A DNA stretch of 60,472 nt, the filler included, from Sphacelaria rigidula (Eukaryota): assembly GCA_964200075.2 (NCBI GenBank). It is 10 parts of 10 records of this genome, joined end to end, with 100 filler letters (N's around TTAATTAATTAA, not from the genome) between each part and the next. Parts side by side here need not be neighbours in the genome. Positions count along the whole stretch, not along the records: positions 42,402 to 48,358 come from CAXNAA020023225.1; positions 48,459 to 54,415 come from CAXNAA020023226.1; positions 54,516 to 60,472 come from CAXNAA020023227.1; 7 more parts are not named here. One strand, 5' to 3'. A model generated the notes under the pieces. The model saw only the letters and a list, made by a program, of their open reading frames with translations. It had not been told where the DNA came from and did not search any database. Made by a program: the position numbers and the translations under genes. Positions 48,358 to 60,472 of the stretch are shown here, piece after piece (the stretch's first letter is position 1; the number at the start of each line of letters is the position of its first letter).

Positions 48358-51300
48358 CNNNNNNNNNNNNNNNNNNNNNNNNNNNNNNNNNNNNNNNNNN
48401 NNTTAATTAATTAANNNNNNNNNNNNNNNNNNNNNNNNNNNNNNNNNNNNNNNNNNNNCCCCCCATTTTCCATGGCGATCATAATATTGGTGATTTGTCC
48501 ACGTGTAGTAGTGGAGTTCAAACGAACATGATTTTTTTTTCTTTGTAAATATCAGCGTTCCCTTCCATTTTTCGCGGACAGTTTTCGGTTGAGCATCAAG
48601 CAACCTCGCTCAAGATGAAAGTCCTCAGGCGTGTTGTCCGCGATCTACCTTAGCCACTCCATTCCGCGGCATTTGCCACTCGCGCGAGGCTTGTAAATAT
48701 ACCAGTACGTCGAGTATCCCGGCCCGCTTCAACTACTGTTGTCGTTTTTAGGACTCCTGCCAGCAGTCCAAGACAGGGACACGGGTAGCGACGGAGCTTT
48801 CAGCTCTGGAATCCTTGATTTCGTCGGTTGTGAAGATTTTGCCAGAATAGACGCTCTTGTGGAAGTCATGTTGGCAAAAAGTAGCGCCGACAGTCGAACG
48901 TGGAGAGCCCGCAGGGACGCGGTTGTGTACACATCATTTACTCTGGTTGATCGGTTTGGGGGTGAGTTGTGAAGCAGAGAAATCGACGAATGGCGAGTGT
49001 ATACTGGGTTATTCGGACGTCATGTTGTGTGTTGTTTCAAGCGTTGTGGCAGCAACTGGTCATTCGTGGACTATACCTCGAGACGAGTCGAGTGACAATA
49101 TTTATTTTCTTATTGGAGCAATCTGTATCAGCTTGTCGGGGTTTTCACGCTGGGACCTCGGGAAACTGGTAAAGAGCGGAAAAACTCTGAAATCTTCTTC
49201 GACGATTTGTTTTCTCATTCGTAGCACCCATATCTACTATACTGCCATGTTTGACAATGATCGGCGCTTTTCTACAATATATACTAGGGAAAACGCCAAG
49301 AGGCTTTCTGAGTCTTCGATGCATATTATCGGTGGAAATCCGACTATGCCAAAACCCTATATCACCGAAATACCACGTTTTGGGGCATGACTCGATCCCA
49401 TACACACCGTTTTCAAATCTGTTCTTCGCATCATAATCCCTACCTGATGCGGTTACTAAGGTTTGATCCGTGATGAGATTGGGTATGAACTGGGTCGGGA
49501 GTCGGCAGTTCTACTTTCAGATTAATTCAACGGCCCCTGATGGGCCGAGAAACATTTTCAATACGAGCGCCACGGCAAAGGATGCAAGAAAAAATCTGGC
49601 CATGTCACACTGTTCGCTTGCCCGTGGGGGCCACTATGATCTAAAATCTATTTTTATCGGGTCGGTTTTGCGTTCTGTATCTAGTGGGGAAAATGGCATC
49701 CGCCCTGAACTAGCCCGTAGATGAGGGTTGTTTCGTGTCGTACCTTCCGCTGCGATGAAATCAGCGTACACCTACGGCTACATTTAACTCGAATAATGAA
49801 TCAGTTTTGTTGCGCATGCCTCTGTCGGTGAAGAGGACACTTGCACTGCCCGAGTAGGTATTGACTGGGTGAGGTGTGCGTCTCCTTGTGTCCCTCGTCA
49901 GGCTTGTTAGGTCTGTCTTGTTACTTCCTGTTTCGAGCCGTATCGGTGGATCTCGCTGCCAAGTGCAGTGTTCTACCAGTGGCAAGCTTGCATCTGTTCC
50001 ACATTCAACGTCTGATAACGTCACATTCAACAGAAGTCAGTGTTGTTTTTCAGCCTTGGGACAGCTGACGTGGAGGAACACCGTTCCGATGGGGCTTGTC
50101 ATGGCTGTAGCCTCCGCGAGCTCAGCCGACTGTGACGACTTGACATATAGATGACGTTGATGAGCATAAACATCAGTGAGGCATTTCCCTCCCCGTTATT
50201 GATACCAGAAATCTCGGGATGGGTCAATAAAAAGGCGGCGCGCTTGGAGCGCTTCCATTAAAAACACTTACTACCGTGGAACTTGAGTGTGTTCATGATG
50301 AGTTGACAAATAGATGCCTCTCCCGCGCTATTCATTTGCTCACAACATACGAAATGTTGTCGCACCTTAATTTTTCTGAGATAAATACGATTCCTGGATC
50401 TTGTTGCGTTTGCCGCTGTGACGACTTTGATGGGACGTCTTCTCTCTTTTTTTTTCCTTGACGAAAGGAGGAAACCTAACCCAACACTTCTCGCTTGTGC
50501 TGACCTATGCAGTAACGTCGAGGCCCATGACCTATTGGAAGGCCGTTGTGGCGTGGTGCTGCCTAGCTAGACAGAGTCGCAAGAGATGCAAAGTGACTGT
50601 GAAACTCGCTTGCGTCGTGCAGAAGAAAACGAATGTCAGATGGTTTTTGCCGGCGCTTGTTTGGCCAAAATAGTATATAACACTCAGTTTCTACAGCAGT
50701 CAGAAATTGCAGCAGATGAAATCAACTGAGACCGTCGAACCTGCGCTGCGATCGCACTTGCGACAAGAGCAATACCTAGTCTGCGTCATCTGGGACACAT
50801 ACGTCAAACCAGACTAAAATCGGATTCAAGGTACTGCTGGCAGTTCTCTGCCAGTTCCCACTACTCTGCATCAACTGCAAGCTACGCGGCTGACCTACAT
50901 TGCAACATACAGTTCAAATTTTCAAATTGGTTGTTGTCTCAGGCCATTTCAGATTCGGCATTGGATTTTTGTGGCAGAAAACTGTCTCGTTTTTTTCGTA
51001 ATATTTTTTCAGAATCAATCAAAACTTCTCAAGAACCAATCAGAACTTGAAAAAAAGACAAGCATAACTTTTTAAACAACAGGCAGAACTTGAAAAAAAA
51101 CAAGCAGAACTTTAAAAAAAACTGCCTAGAACGTGACCCCTCCCACATACTTGAATCTAGTGTGCGTATGTAGGTTTGACCCCTCCCACATACTTCAATG
51201 TGGTGTACGTGTCATGGTTCGATACTTACCGCCTGGGTGGGAAAGGTGCCAGTTCGTGGGCACCTGGGCTATCGGGCCCAAACACAATCATGTGTATCGA

Positions 51301-51397
51301 ATCCATTGAGCTCGACTTCACCAAGTGTGGAGTCAGCCAACCTTCACCAGTCGTCAGGCGGCATGCCCGTGAGCCGCGCAGGCGGCAGGACAACATA

Positions 51398-51668
51398 TGT
51401 TCCATGAAAGACAGGCTTGCATTGTGAGAAGACCAGAGACTCCTCTGATATCGCAGTCCGTGATGGCGTTGATGCTTCTTGTATTATCGGCAAGAGGCTA
51501 GTAGCTGCTGATCGCGGTTTTAGACGAGTTCACTGTAGTAGCTTAGGGTCAGGCAATCCTAGAAACGAACCAAACCCAGAAATGGCCCATGACATGTCGG
51601 GCAAAAGAAAGCAAGAGTATGACGCATGGAGTCTACTCGACTGGACAATAACCAATAAATCCGGAACG
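51398..51668 (-). repeat. 3' LTR (271 bp)
   Basis: Minus-strand (C for T)GTTCC...GGAACA inverted termini directly after the polypurine tract (~51669-51683). Confidence 0.7.
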
Positions 51669-53447
51669 TCCCCCCAGCCTTCTAATAAGGCTAAGCAAAA
51701 TAAGTATGTTAAGGGCTGGGAGGGCCGGGAAACGAAGCCTGTGCATCAACACCTGAAATAATCAAACGAGAACAACCTGCGAATTAAGTTTGCAGGGGAA
51801 AACTCGGTATCTAATAGATACGTAAACCCTGTTAGACAGGGTAAACCCTATCCGTTAGGGAAGGAAAAAAATCTCTAGCGCCATTTCAAGTCGACAGAAA
51901 CCGCAGACAAGTACGATCGCTGTCGTTTCCCCGGGATCTCAGTTAGACTGGAGAATGATTAGCTAATTAGCTTCATCGCGCGTCGACACTCCAGATAAGT
52001 TACACTGAATTCCGGGGTAGTGCGGGTCTTTAACCACATCCAACGTTGGTTGGATTCGCTTAAAACAACCTTTCCGCGAACGAATCAAACAGTTTCAAGA
52101 GTGAAGCTTTTGGGAAGTGCTCTTCTGTAACTACTGACGCTTATACCACGAAGAATATAGGTCATGCGCCTTGGATCACATATTTATTCGTATGTTACAT
52201 GAATGGAAAACGACAGTTATCAAGATGACAAAATGAAAAGAGAGGTATACAGGTACTTTTATGTTGAAAAATTAGATAAAGCTGAGGATAGAGCCCATGC
52301 GCCTTGGCTCACACATGTATTTGTATGTTACAAAATAGGAACCAGACGCGGCCGAAAAAACACCCGAAAAGAAAACGAAAAAAACAAACAAAAACAGGCA
52401 CACTCGCAAATCACATAAACAGGACACTCGCAATTCATGACTGAAGAGTACGGTACCCCTTTCCCTGTGCAATGATATCCTGTACCATTTCATATACTGA
52501 CTACTCTTGGACGTTCCCGCCGCAGTCTGAAGTTGGGGTCCTTTTTCCCGCGTTAAGCGGTCTAGTTCCTGGCGGGATAGCTCCTCCCACTCTCCGTCTT
52601 CGTATCATACTCGCCAAAAGCGACTCCCGTAGTCATACACCCAACCCTTGACCTTGATACCTTCAAAGTCTTTCCAGAAGGTAACACCTATAGGGAAAAG
52701 TTTCAAGGGGTCACTGCGCGACAGGGGAGCGGGGCGCTTCTTGGAGTGCGAGGGCGGATCGGGTGCAACTGCCAGGTTGTACAGGTGCCGAAGTCCGTGG
52801 AAAGCGTCTAGTCCCAAAGGAGAAAAGCTGTCTCGAAGCTGGCTCTCCGGTAACCAGTCTGACACCTTTCCCTCCAAAGATCTGGCCTTGTATTCCCAAT
52901 GCTTCGTGTCCGTCATGGAGTAGATATCTCGGCGGTCCACTGAGGTGACGAACTCGTGAGTTTGGGGAGGAGTGGTGTTGGGCTTCCAATCTGAACCTCA
53001 TACGGGTTGAGCAAACTCGTCGGCTATCGAGTGCCTGCGGTGCGGTGGACGAGCATGAAAGGGTTTCACGTCCGAAACTGCTACCCTACGTGTACGGCGT
53101 TCACGACCCTGCATGACCATTTCTACACTGAGGCCGGTCATCAGCACTTCCTTCACTCTCCAGGGCCCCGAATACCTTTCGTGTTGCAGTTTCCTACCCT
53201 TACCGTCCCGGTGTATCGTGCTGTCTGATTTGCGTACCATGACTAGATCCCCTTCTTTAGCAGACACTCCGGGGGAGGGTCTCATGATGGAGGCGTTCAT
53301 TTTCACACGAGTCGATGATTTCGCGGCGTGTCTCTTCTCCAGAGCTAGACGTACCTCCTTGAGGTTTTGTCTACACTGCTCCACGAAGGCATCTAGTCCT
53401 TCACTCGATTCCATCTCCTGATGAAGGGGAATGAGCGAATCTAGAGA

Positions 53448-53747
53448 CAACACTGTTTTCGTGAGATGTAGAGTACAGCGCTGATTGAGAGTGGAAAGCG
53501 GTCAATTAATGAATTAATCGTCTCTGTTCCGAAATGCCCCTCCACGAGGCCCAACATGCTTTCTGCAGCAACTCACCACTGAGGTCCCTGATATCCCTGA
53601 GTAGGATATCGATGTGAAGCTGTAAGCACGCGCTAGTGATGGAGGCAAAGGAAAGCACACACGGAATGGAAAATTGGCCGAGTTGACGCGAATGATCGAA
53701 GCCACTCTCAATCAGCGCTCTACTCTACATCTCACGAAAACGTTGTT
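53448..53747. mobile_element. 300-bp MITE inserted in integrase, ~45-bp TIRs, 3-bp TSD AGA
   Basis: GTTTTCGTGAGATGTAGAGTA.AGCGCTGATTGAGAGTGG inverted at both ends; removal restores FGRKPRTSLDSLIP. Confidence 0.85.
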
Positions 53748-54284
53748 AGACGTGCGGGGTTTACGACCGAACAAAAGCTCAAACGGGGATATGTCTGAGG
53801 GCAGGAAAACGTCCGGCAAGGTACGCTTGATCCAGAGCGCTGGGGAGACATACTCGTCCCATCTCTAGGGCCACGACTTACACAGCTCCGCCAGCATGTC
53901 TAGTAGCCATCCCCCCAGCCTCTCGACTGCTCCTTGTCCTCTGGGGTGATCAGAGGGTCCAAAAGCAATGTCTGCTTTCAGCCACCTGCACAGGTGTGTC
54001 ACCACCTCGGCCCTAAATTCCTTTCCTCCATCAGTGCGAATTTTGTGAGGTACGCCAAATGTCGAGCATCGCCCAGCAAAGACGCGAGCTACACTTTCAG
54101 CCTGCCTTGCTTGGAGTGGGAAGCCGAATGAATACTTAGAGACTCGATCTACGATCAAAAGAATGTACTTGTTGTTCGTAAGCGATGCAGTGTCTATGCT
54201 CAGCAAGTCCATCTCCAACTTCCCATGGGTCTACGGCTCGTCCTGGGGTCATTGCAACCTTGCGGCTACTGGCCGTGGAAACCA

Positions 54285-54415
54285 TGTATGGCCGTGATAT
54301 GGGGGGTCCAACACTTTAGACCGTATCTAGCAGACAGAAAGTTTAGACCAGTCACCGACTGCTCCGCGCTGACATGGTTGCTCCGCAGTGGTGATCTGTG
54401 TCCGAAGCTTCACAG
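54285..54415 (+). pseudogene. Gypsy RNase H fragment, inverted relative to the adjacent integrase
   Basis: CMAVIWGVQHFRPYLADRKFRPVTDCSALTWLL is the conserved gypsy RNase H core. Confidence 0.85.
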
Positions 54416-54633
54416 NNNNNNNNNNNNNNNNNNNNNNNNNNNNNNNNNNNNNNNNNNNNTTAATTAATTAANNNNNNNNNNNNNNNNNNNNNNNNNNNNN
54501 NNNNNNNNNNNNNNNGCCTTAGTCGCTCGACCATTGACCACGCATCCCTTTCGAGACGGAGCAAGGGGAGGGGTTGAAACCATACCGGCAAAGATATACG
54601 CGTACATGTACATGAAGATATATACTGACTCAC

Positions 54634-54755
54634 TGGTGAAACTTGATGTCCTCTAGTTCCACGGCCTTCCCCTTCCCCGATGAGCGGCCGCTTGACTCGA
54701 ACAGCAGCTTGTCGTTGAGTCCCAGCTTCAGCTCCGGCATACCAGATAAAAAGGA
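54634..54755 (-). CDS. AP1M1: AP-1 mu exon 6 (gene continues beyond the contig)
   Basis: tag|SFLSGMPELKLGLNDKLLFESSGRSSGKGKAVELEDIKFH ca|gtgagt. Confidence 0.95.
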
Positions 54756-55070
54756 CTACAGTCAAAAGCAATACAACACAACAAGCACCGCATGGTCAGT
54801 GACAAAGTGGGTCGAAGCAGGAATATGACGTTAAAAAACGCCAACAATTGCGGACACTTTGACAAAAAAAAAACGGACGCATTGACAGCAACAGCAACGA
54901 CCGAATCATACACAGCAAGGGTAGCAGCTGCCGCGAGGTGGAACAAGCGACGAGGACGATACCGAAGAGCACCATCAGGTACAATACACTACAGTCATGT
55001 CCAAATAAAATAGCACCTCCACGCGCGTAGCAGGTACCCGGTACCTCATCTCGAAGGCTGCACATATTCT

Positions 55071-55288
55071 CAGGGTTGGGTAGGGTTCCGCAAGTACCTT
55101 GGGATTCCTCAGGACTCGTAAAACCCAGTACTCCAGAGTACCAGGAAGAATCACCCCCCAAAATACTGGGTGTCGATCTCAGTGTATTCAGTACAAATAC
55201 CCAGTGCCCTGAGTAACCTGTAGTACCTACCGACAGCCGAGAATACTGGCTACCTCAGAGTACTCCAGGTATCGACTACCCAACGCCT
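55071..55288. mobile_element. Intronic MITE-like element with GTAC/AGTACC motif repeats
   Basis: CAGGGTTGGGTAG...CTACCCAACGCCT inverted ends. Confidence 0.55.
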
Positions 55289-55590
55289 CTGCTTTTCACC
55301 GCCGAAAGCGTGGGTACGTGAGTAAACGAAAGTAGTTGATGTTGTTTGACGAAAACTTGACGCGGTGCGGGAGTGTTAGTCATGATCCAATCCACAAGAC
55401 CAAAATGCAAGGCGTGCACCGGGGAGAGATGGGTTGGTATCTTTAGACCATTAAACCATCACATCATTAGACTATGAGACCACGGACTCGTCCCGAGGGA
55501 GGGAACGGATTCAATGTATAACAACGACGACAAAAAACGTCGTACTCATGCTCTACTCCATCTTGAGCATGTTCAGAGGGCTGCACCAAC

Positions 55591-55671
55591 CTTCATTTTG
55601 ATAGCACCCACGATTTCCGAGTGCAGCACTGTGCCGTTCGAGGACTCGAGCAGGTTGAGCTTCTCCACCAC
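55591..55671 (-). CDS. AP1M1: AP-1 mu exon 5
   Basis: cag|VVEKLNLLESSNGTVLHSEIVGAIKMK|gttggt. Confidence 0.93.
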
Positions 55672-56191
55672 CTGCACCACAAGCATCCGCATCGAGAGCA
55701 CCATTAGCGGGGGAAATCATCCGCCAGCTGGACAGCGCTCATGGCACAGTCTACTCGGGTTTTGACTCATGGGATAAATTTTCCCCTTATTGCGTTCTAC
55801 CCATGCAGGCACAGAATTTGGCTTTCGCAGAAAGTCAACAAACGTCCTTAGTACTATGCTCCCTGACGAGGCATCCAACATACCACGGATTGACAAATTT
55901 ACATGTAGCATGTAGTGCCATGCTCCATGACGAAACATCCAACATCCAACAGATTTGACGAACTCAACGAAGGCATGCAATATACCACAGAATGACAAAA
56001 TGGTCTACTTGCCAGATCGCCCCGACGATGTCTCATGACTGGGAAATCCAAGCACTACACTTCATAACGCTTTTACCCAAGCCGCACAAAGAGACAGGCC
56101 AACTGGCACAGAGCAAGTCGGTCGCACATGGCGAAATAATGGACCGGGTCACATTCCTTACGAGGTAAAAACAGTACGGTCGAAGACTCAC

Positions 56192-56299
56192 GTCGAGGAA
56201 AATCTCGTTCTTCCGGTGCTTGATTCCCTCACTTCGCCAGGACACGGCATTGGTCAGCGCCACCGGGGGCCGCGGTGCGGCCTCCAATCGATTTCCCTC
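56192..56299 (-). CDS. AP1M1: AP-1 mu exon 4
   Basis: EGNRLEAAPRPPVALTNAVSWRSEGIKHRKNEIFLD|gtgagt. Confidence 0.96.
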
Positions 56300-57884
56300 C
56301 TATGGTACACGAAAAAAATAGGATAATCATATATCATGTCCAAAAAGCAAGGGCAGCAGGCAGAGCACAGCACAGTCGCGGCAGCGTGCTCAGACTGTGC
56401 AAACATTACAACTGTGGTAGAAAGTATGGCGAGGTAGGGAATGGGTACACGGCGGCATTCCGGGAACTCTGGAGTATCAAGTATGGCAGGGTGTAAAGTA
56501 TGAAAAGGGAATACTGCAAAAGTAGGAACGAAAATCTTCATGAGAATAATCCGAGGTCATATTGAGGTACGTTTGATGGATACCAGTTGCACTGTCATGT
56601 ACCATTTCGGCCCCAGTTCGTTCCGACCGAAGAATCTCGCCCCTACTTGTCCGGATTCCAAGTATATTGGTACGAGTACGGCACGGTATTTCAGGTGGAT
56701 GCCCTAGAGTACCAAGTATATCTGTTCGACCGATGACCCAGACAGTGTACAATACTCGGAATACTCGGCAGCGCTTACCCCAGGTACCCTGGCAAGCTCG
56801 GTTCTGCAAATGCTCTGCAGACGCAGGGTACCTTGCCTTCTCCACCTTTGCAACACATTCTTTCGCAGCTAGCACTGGTGACATGAATTCACTAGCGACT
56901 GCATGTGTGTCCGATACATGACAGATGTACGTGGAGTCCCCATCAAGCCACACATACGTCGACAAAGATACATAATCAACTCCGATAACCCATCCAGCGC
57001 CCGAGCCCTTGATTGTACATTACACGGGCCTGCATTTTTTCAAGTTTGGAAGGCTTGTTTCTCATATAGAAACAACGCCAGCATGAAGAAAAGGCTGTCA
57101 CGCATACGCTGTCTGTCATAATTACTCCGAATCACCTACCAGCAGCAACATATATCGCTTTCTCAGTCCAATAAGCAAGCCGCGATGATCGTTGTCAGCA
57201 GTATGTGTGGCCATGCATGTGCCAGGATGTCAGTAAACACAACGTACTCGTGCACACAGGAGAGAGGGGGGGAAACACGCTCACCTCCCTCCCTCAAGCA
57301 TGTGATAAAAGCTGCTGCTGTCGGCGAAAATATTTCGGTCTTTGCGAAACCCCAGCTAACCGCCCCCCTCTATTTGAGCCTGCACCTTAACCAACCTTCG
57401 CATAATCGCGGGACTTGCAGCTGACAAACTCGGAGAGCAGAAAGCATGGGCACACCCCGGGTTGACTGCAAGGTCCAGCTTTTCATGTTCACCCCCACTA
57501 CTACTACACCATGGATGGGACGACAGTACACGCACACTACACCACTACCGTTCACCCTGTGGATCGAAAACCCAGACGGTGTCCTCCACGTACAGAATAT
57601 TTCTCCGACGGTCTGCGGGGAGCGCTGATAGTCATCATCCAGTGACCGACTTCGATACAAAGGGCTGGGCGGGTACAGGAGGACACATGTAGCCGTCTTT
57701 TCAAGCTACGGATTCGTCTCCTGAAGCGGGGGACGCGTGAAAAGTCAAAGGCACGACCGAGAAATGACCGAATCATATCGAGACTGTTTTACATTATTCA
57801 GATTTTGCCACATATCCGGGAATGAATATCGGCACTGTTCGACGTATTTCAGATCTTGCCAGATCTTTGGGGCGGAAAGCTAAC

Positions 57885-58034
57885 CTGGGTGATGTATTCT
57901 CTGAGGATCTTAGACTCCATGGTCTGTGGGTACCCGAAGTCCATGGTCTCGTCTAGTAGCTCGTAGATGATGACAAAGTTATCCCTGATGGACTCCTCTT
58001 CCAGCTCGCCGAAGTAGTCCTTAAATACGTCCAC
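57885..58034 (-). CDS. AP1M1: AP-1 mu exon 3
   Basis: VDVFKDYFGELEEESIRDNFVIIYELLDETMDFGYPQTMESKILREYITQ. Confidence 0.97.
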
Positions 58035-58741
58035 CTATAAAAACCAGGGGTGGAAGTTAGGGCCCCCTCTCCATATAAGTCCGTTGCAACAAAAATAAAA
58101 TGGATGATTCCCGGAGTCACCTAAAGGACCTGCCTTTTGATGCGGTGGAAACACATCCAGCAAGGGAACCATGTACCAATGTGGACTTCGAAAAGGTTCC
58201 ACAAAAATCGAACTATAACACGAACAAATTCGTCTTCGAACATGTCGACGCTGTGGTGTGAACTTGTCAAAACCGATAGCATTGTTGATAGAAGTGTGAA
58301 GGCCCATACCTTGGATAATGACAATACATGGTCAATAGTTGCGATAGACAAAAAATGTACTGCGTAATGTGTAGACCTATTTCAACTATTGTCGACCGAC
58401 AGTACTTGAAATATGCCAACACGTTACGCAGTACATTTTTTTTGTCTATTGCAACTATTGACCATGTACTGTCCAGAGTGTGTTGAGTGTCACGAAACAA
58501 TTCAGTCGTCAAGGATTTATTATCATTAATATTATCATTATTTCAGTTGCTAAGGATATGAACGTAAAATTGGAACCACGGAACAGTGACGGCGTCTCGT
58601 ACGATACACAAGCAGGCACAATCTGCGACGAGATACGCGAGAGAAAAACGAGAAGAATAGGCACAAGCTGTTCGAGATATAATACCAGCTTTACCGCAAC
58701 ACGAACCACCGGAACGCCGAGCACAATCATCCTCCACTCAC

Positions 58742-58898
58742 CAGCTTGTACAGGTAGACAAGCATGAGCGCCACGTTGCTGTTCCTCTTGGTAACGCTCA
58801 TGAGTATCAAGTTGTTATACTGCACGTACACGTATGTCACACCCTCCACAGTGAACACGGGTTTTTGCTCCATCTCCTCCCGCTCCTGAATATGGTTG
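58742..58898 (-). CDS. AP1M1: AP-1 mu exon 2
   Basis: NHIQEREEMEQKPVFTVEGVTYVYVQYNNL...NSNVALMLVYLYKL|gtgagt; phases consistent. Confidence 0.95.
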
Positions 58899-59681
58899 CT
58901 GCATGAACACACGCGCAAACAACAATATTGATTGATTAGCTGCTTCATTGTCGCACACTACTTGTCATTGACCCTCGAGGGACCCAGTCTTGCCTCGGTC
59001 ATTATCCAAAACACAGACGTACCCAAGAAAAACAAAACGAAAACAGGCGCGGAAGAAAAGTGAACAGAGCAGAAAAGAAATTACAGCAGACAACAAGACT
59101 AGGGTGAAAAAAAACGAAACGAAAATTGGCTCGCCATTGGAACATGACTTAAGCTCGAAAAAGATGTCGCGTCAAAGCACATGCACTCACACCTCAACGG
59201 GAAAAAACACAAGGAGCCTTGGGAGCAGATAGCGGGACATCTATTTCGACCAGACTATTTTGGGTATGAGCTCTCGGCAATGAGACCATGAAAATTGCCA
59301 AGAACACGAAAGAGAATTGTACACGAGGAGATGCCACACGTTCAAGATTTTCGAATGAACTCGATCGCGTGCTGCACCATCAATAATGTAAATAAACGCC
59401 GCGGAAGTATCAAGCGACATAATAGGTATCATCTGGAGTGTGGATGTTTTCAAGCGACGTGCAAGTGCTGCATCCTCGAACACGTAGCCACGGGAAAGCT
59501 AGGGCAAGCTCCATCCTCTCGACAAGTCACAACAAAAAACCTATAGCAACCAATCGTCATTCGCATGCATGATTATGCACACAATGATCGTCTTCATAAT
59601 TCAAAGTAGTATCCAAGTACAAATACCGTACACACGACATCGTAGTATCCAACAACAGATGCCGCACACACAGAACAAAAC

Positions 59682-59782
59682 CTGAATGTTTCCGACGCCG
59701 ACATGGGGACATCTCCTCGAAAATTCCGGGAGATGATTATCTTCCCCTTAAGGTCCATGATGAAAAGCGCCGACGCCACCAT
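59682..59782 (-). CDS. AP1M1: Clathrin adaptor AP-1 mu subunit, exon 1
   Basis: MVASALFIMDLKGKIIISRNFRGDVPMSASETF ag|gt. Confidence 0.95.
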
Positions 59783-60317
59783 ATTTACTGCTCCACAAAG
59801 AAAAAGTCCACGCGAGGCACCCCAGTCGAATAGCAAGCACCCCCGAAGATACTCCCCAGGAGCAGGGGATGCTGTAGACAAGAGAAACACCAGCGAAACA
59901 ACACAAGGTGTGTAGTAGGAGCAGACAGAGGGACAGGAAGAGAGACGAGGGGTTAGACGAAAGCTATGTGAGTATATGTGTATTTCGTCACAGGTTAACA
60001 TAGAAAGATTATCTACGAGCTGCTATCAAGCAAAGGTCCGTCACAAACGCATTTTAAAGCAAACGTTCCCTTCGGACCTTCTGCTAAGACGATTTGCGCT
60101 AGTCGACAAACGGAGTGCTCGTGCGGGAAGTAGCTGTTCACCAATTGTACCGCCTCTGCTCGTTGTTGCTCACTGTGCGGCTTTCCCGGTCGTGACACGT
60201 CACAGGTGCACACCACAGTCGGGACGCAAGGCTGAAACGAGCACTCATGACAAGGGGGTCGACCACCATGGTTGTTGGAAAGACGGACGTATCACATTCT
60301 TTTCCCCAGTATCACTT

Positions 60318-60357
<40 letters not shown>

Positions 60358-60365
60358 CATCACTA

Positions 60366-60405
<40 letters not shown>

Positions 60406-60472
60406 CATATTAGCTCCATGTTTCGAATCCGTGGTAACTGAGTACAAGGATCATACCAGTATACCCATAACC

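Larger units (their letters stand above)
51398..54281 (-). mobile_element. 3' half of a Ty3/gypsy retrotransposon: integrase, chromo-like and Tudor-like C-terminus, ~0.8-kb 3' UTR, PPT, LTR
   Basis: Integrase EMDLL..YILLIVDRVSKY..FGVP..IRTDGGKEF..QGAVER (53865-54218), YSGPWRV (GPY/F); PPT AGAAGGCTGGGGG.A abutting the LTR. Confidence 0.9.

Noticed and set aside
49145..49603. env-like gene of the contig-9 gypsy element
   Set aside because: The element's PPT and 3' LTR (51398-51683) lie between integrase and this region, so it is outside the element

Overview
This window is not one locus. It is ten unrelated contigs of 5,957-5,958 bp (1-5958, 6059-12016, 12117-18073, 18174-24130, 24231-30187, 30288-36244, 36345-42301, 42402-48358, 48459-54415, 54516-60472). 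They are joined by an artificial 100-nt spacer (44 N + TTAATTAATTAA + 44 N). The DNA is intron-rich, repeat-rich eukaryotic nuclear sequence, probably from a stramenopile such as a brown alga (inferred from short exons, GT-AG introns full of MITEs, WxDD-type RT motifs and TTAGGG motifs). Host gene fragments: the 3' end of NPRL3 (GATOR1), internal exons of a MAP65/PRC1/Ase1 gene, the first six exons of AP-1 mu, three exons of a PC-esterase/TBL-like SGNH gene, a probable SUMO-protease exon and one unidentified terminal exon. Four contigs are dominated by decayed Ty3/gypsy retrotransposons. The most interesting observations are: (1) an integrase with a chromo-like domain followed by a Tudor-like domain; (2) a derivative element that lost mid-Gag, RT and the RNase H core through three in-frame deletions; (3) a Gag starting with a PAM2-like motif and preceded by an extra ORF; (4) a 43-bp-period array of palindromes; (5) several MITE families, some with clear TSDs, including telomere-repeat-bearing and TTAA-chained ones. 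All homology calls come from motif recognition by eye; no database searches were run.
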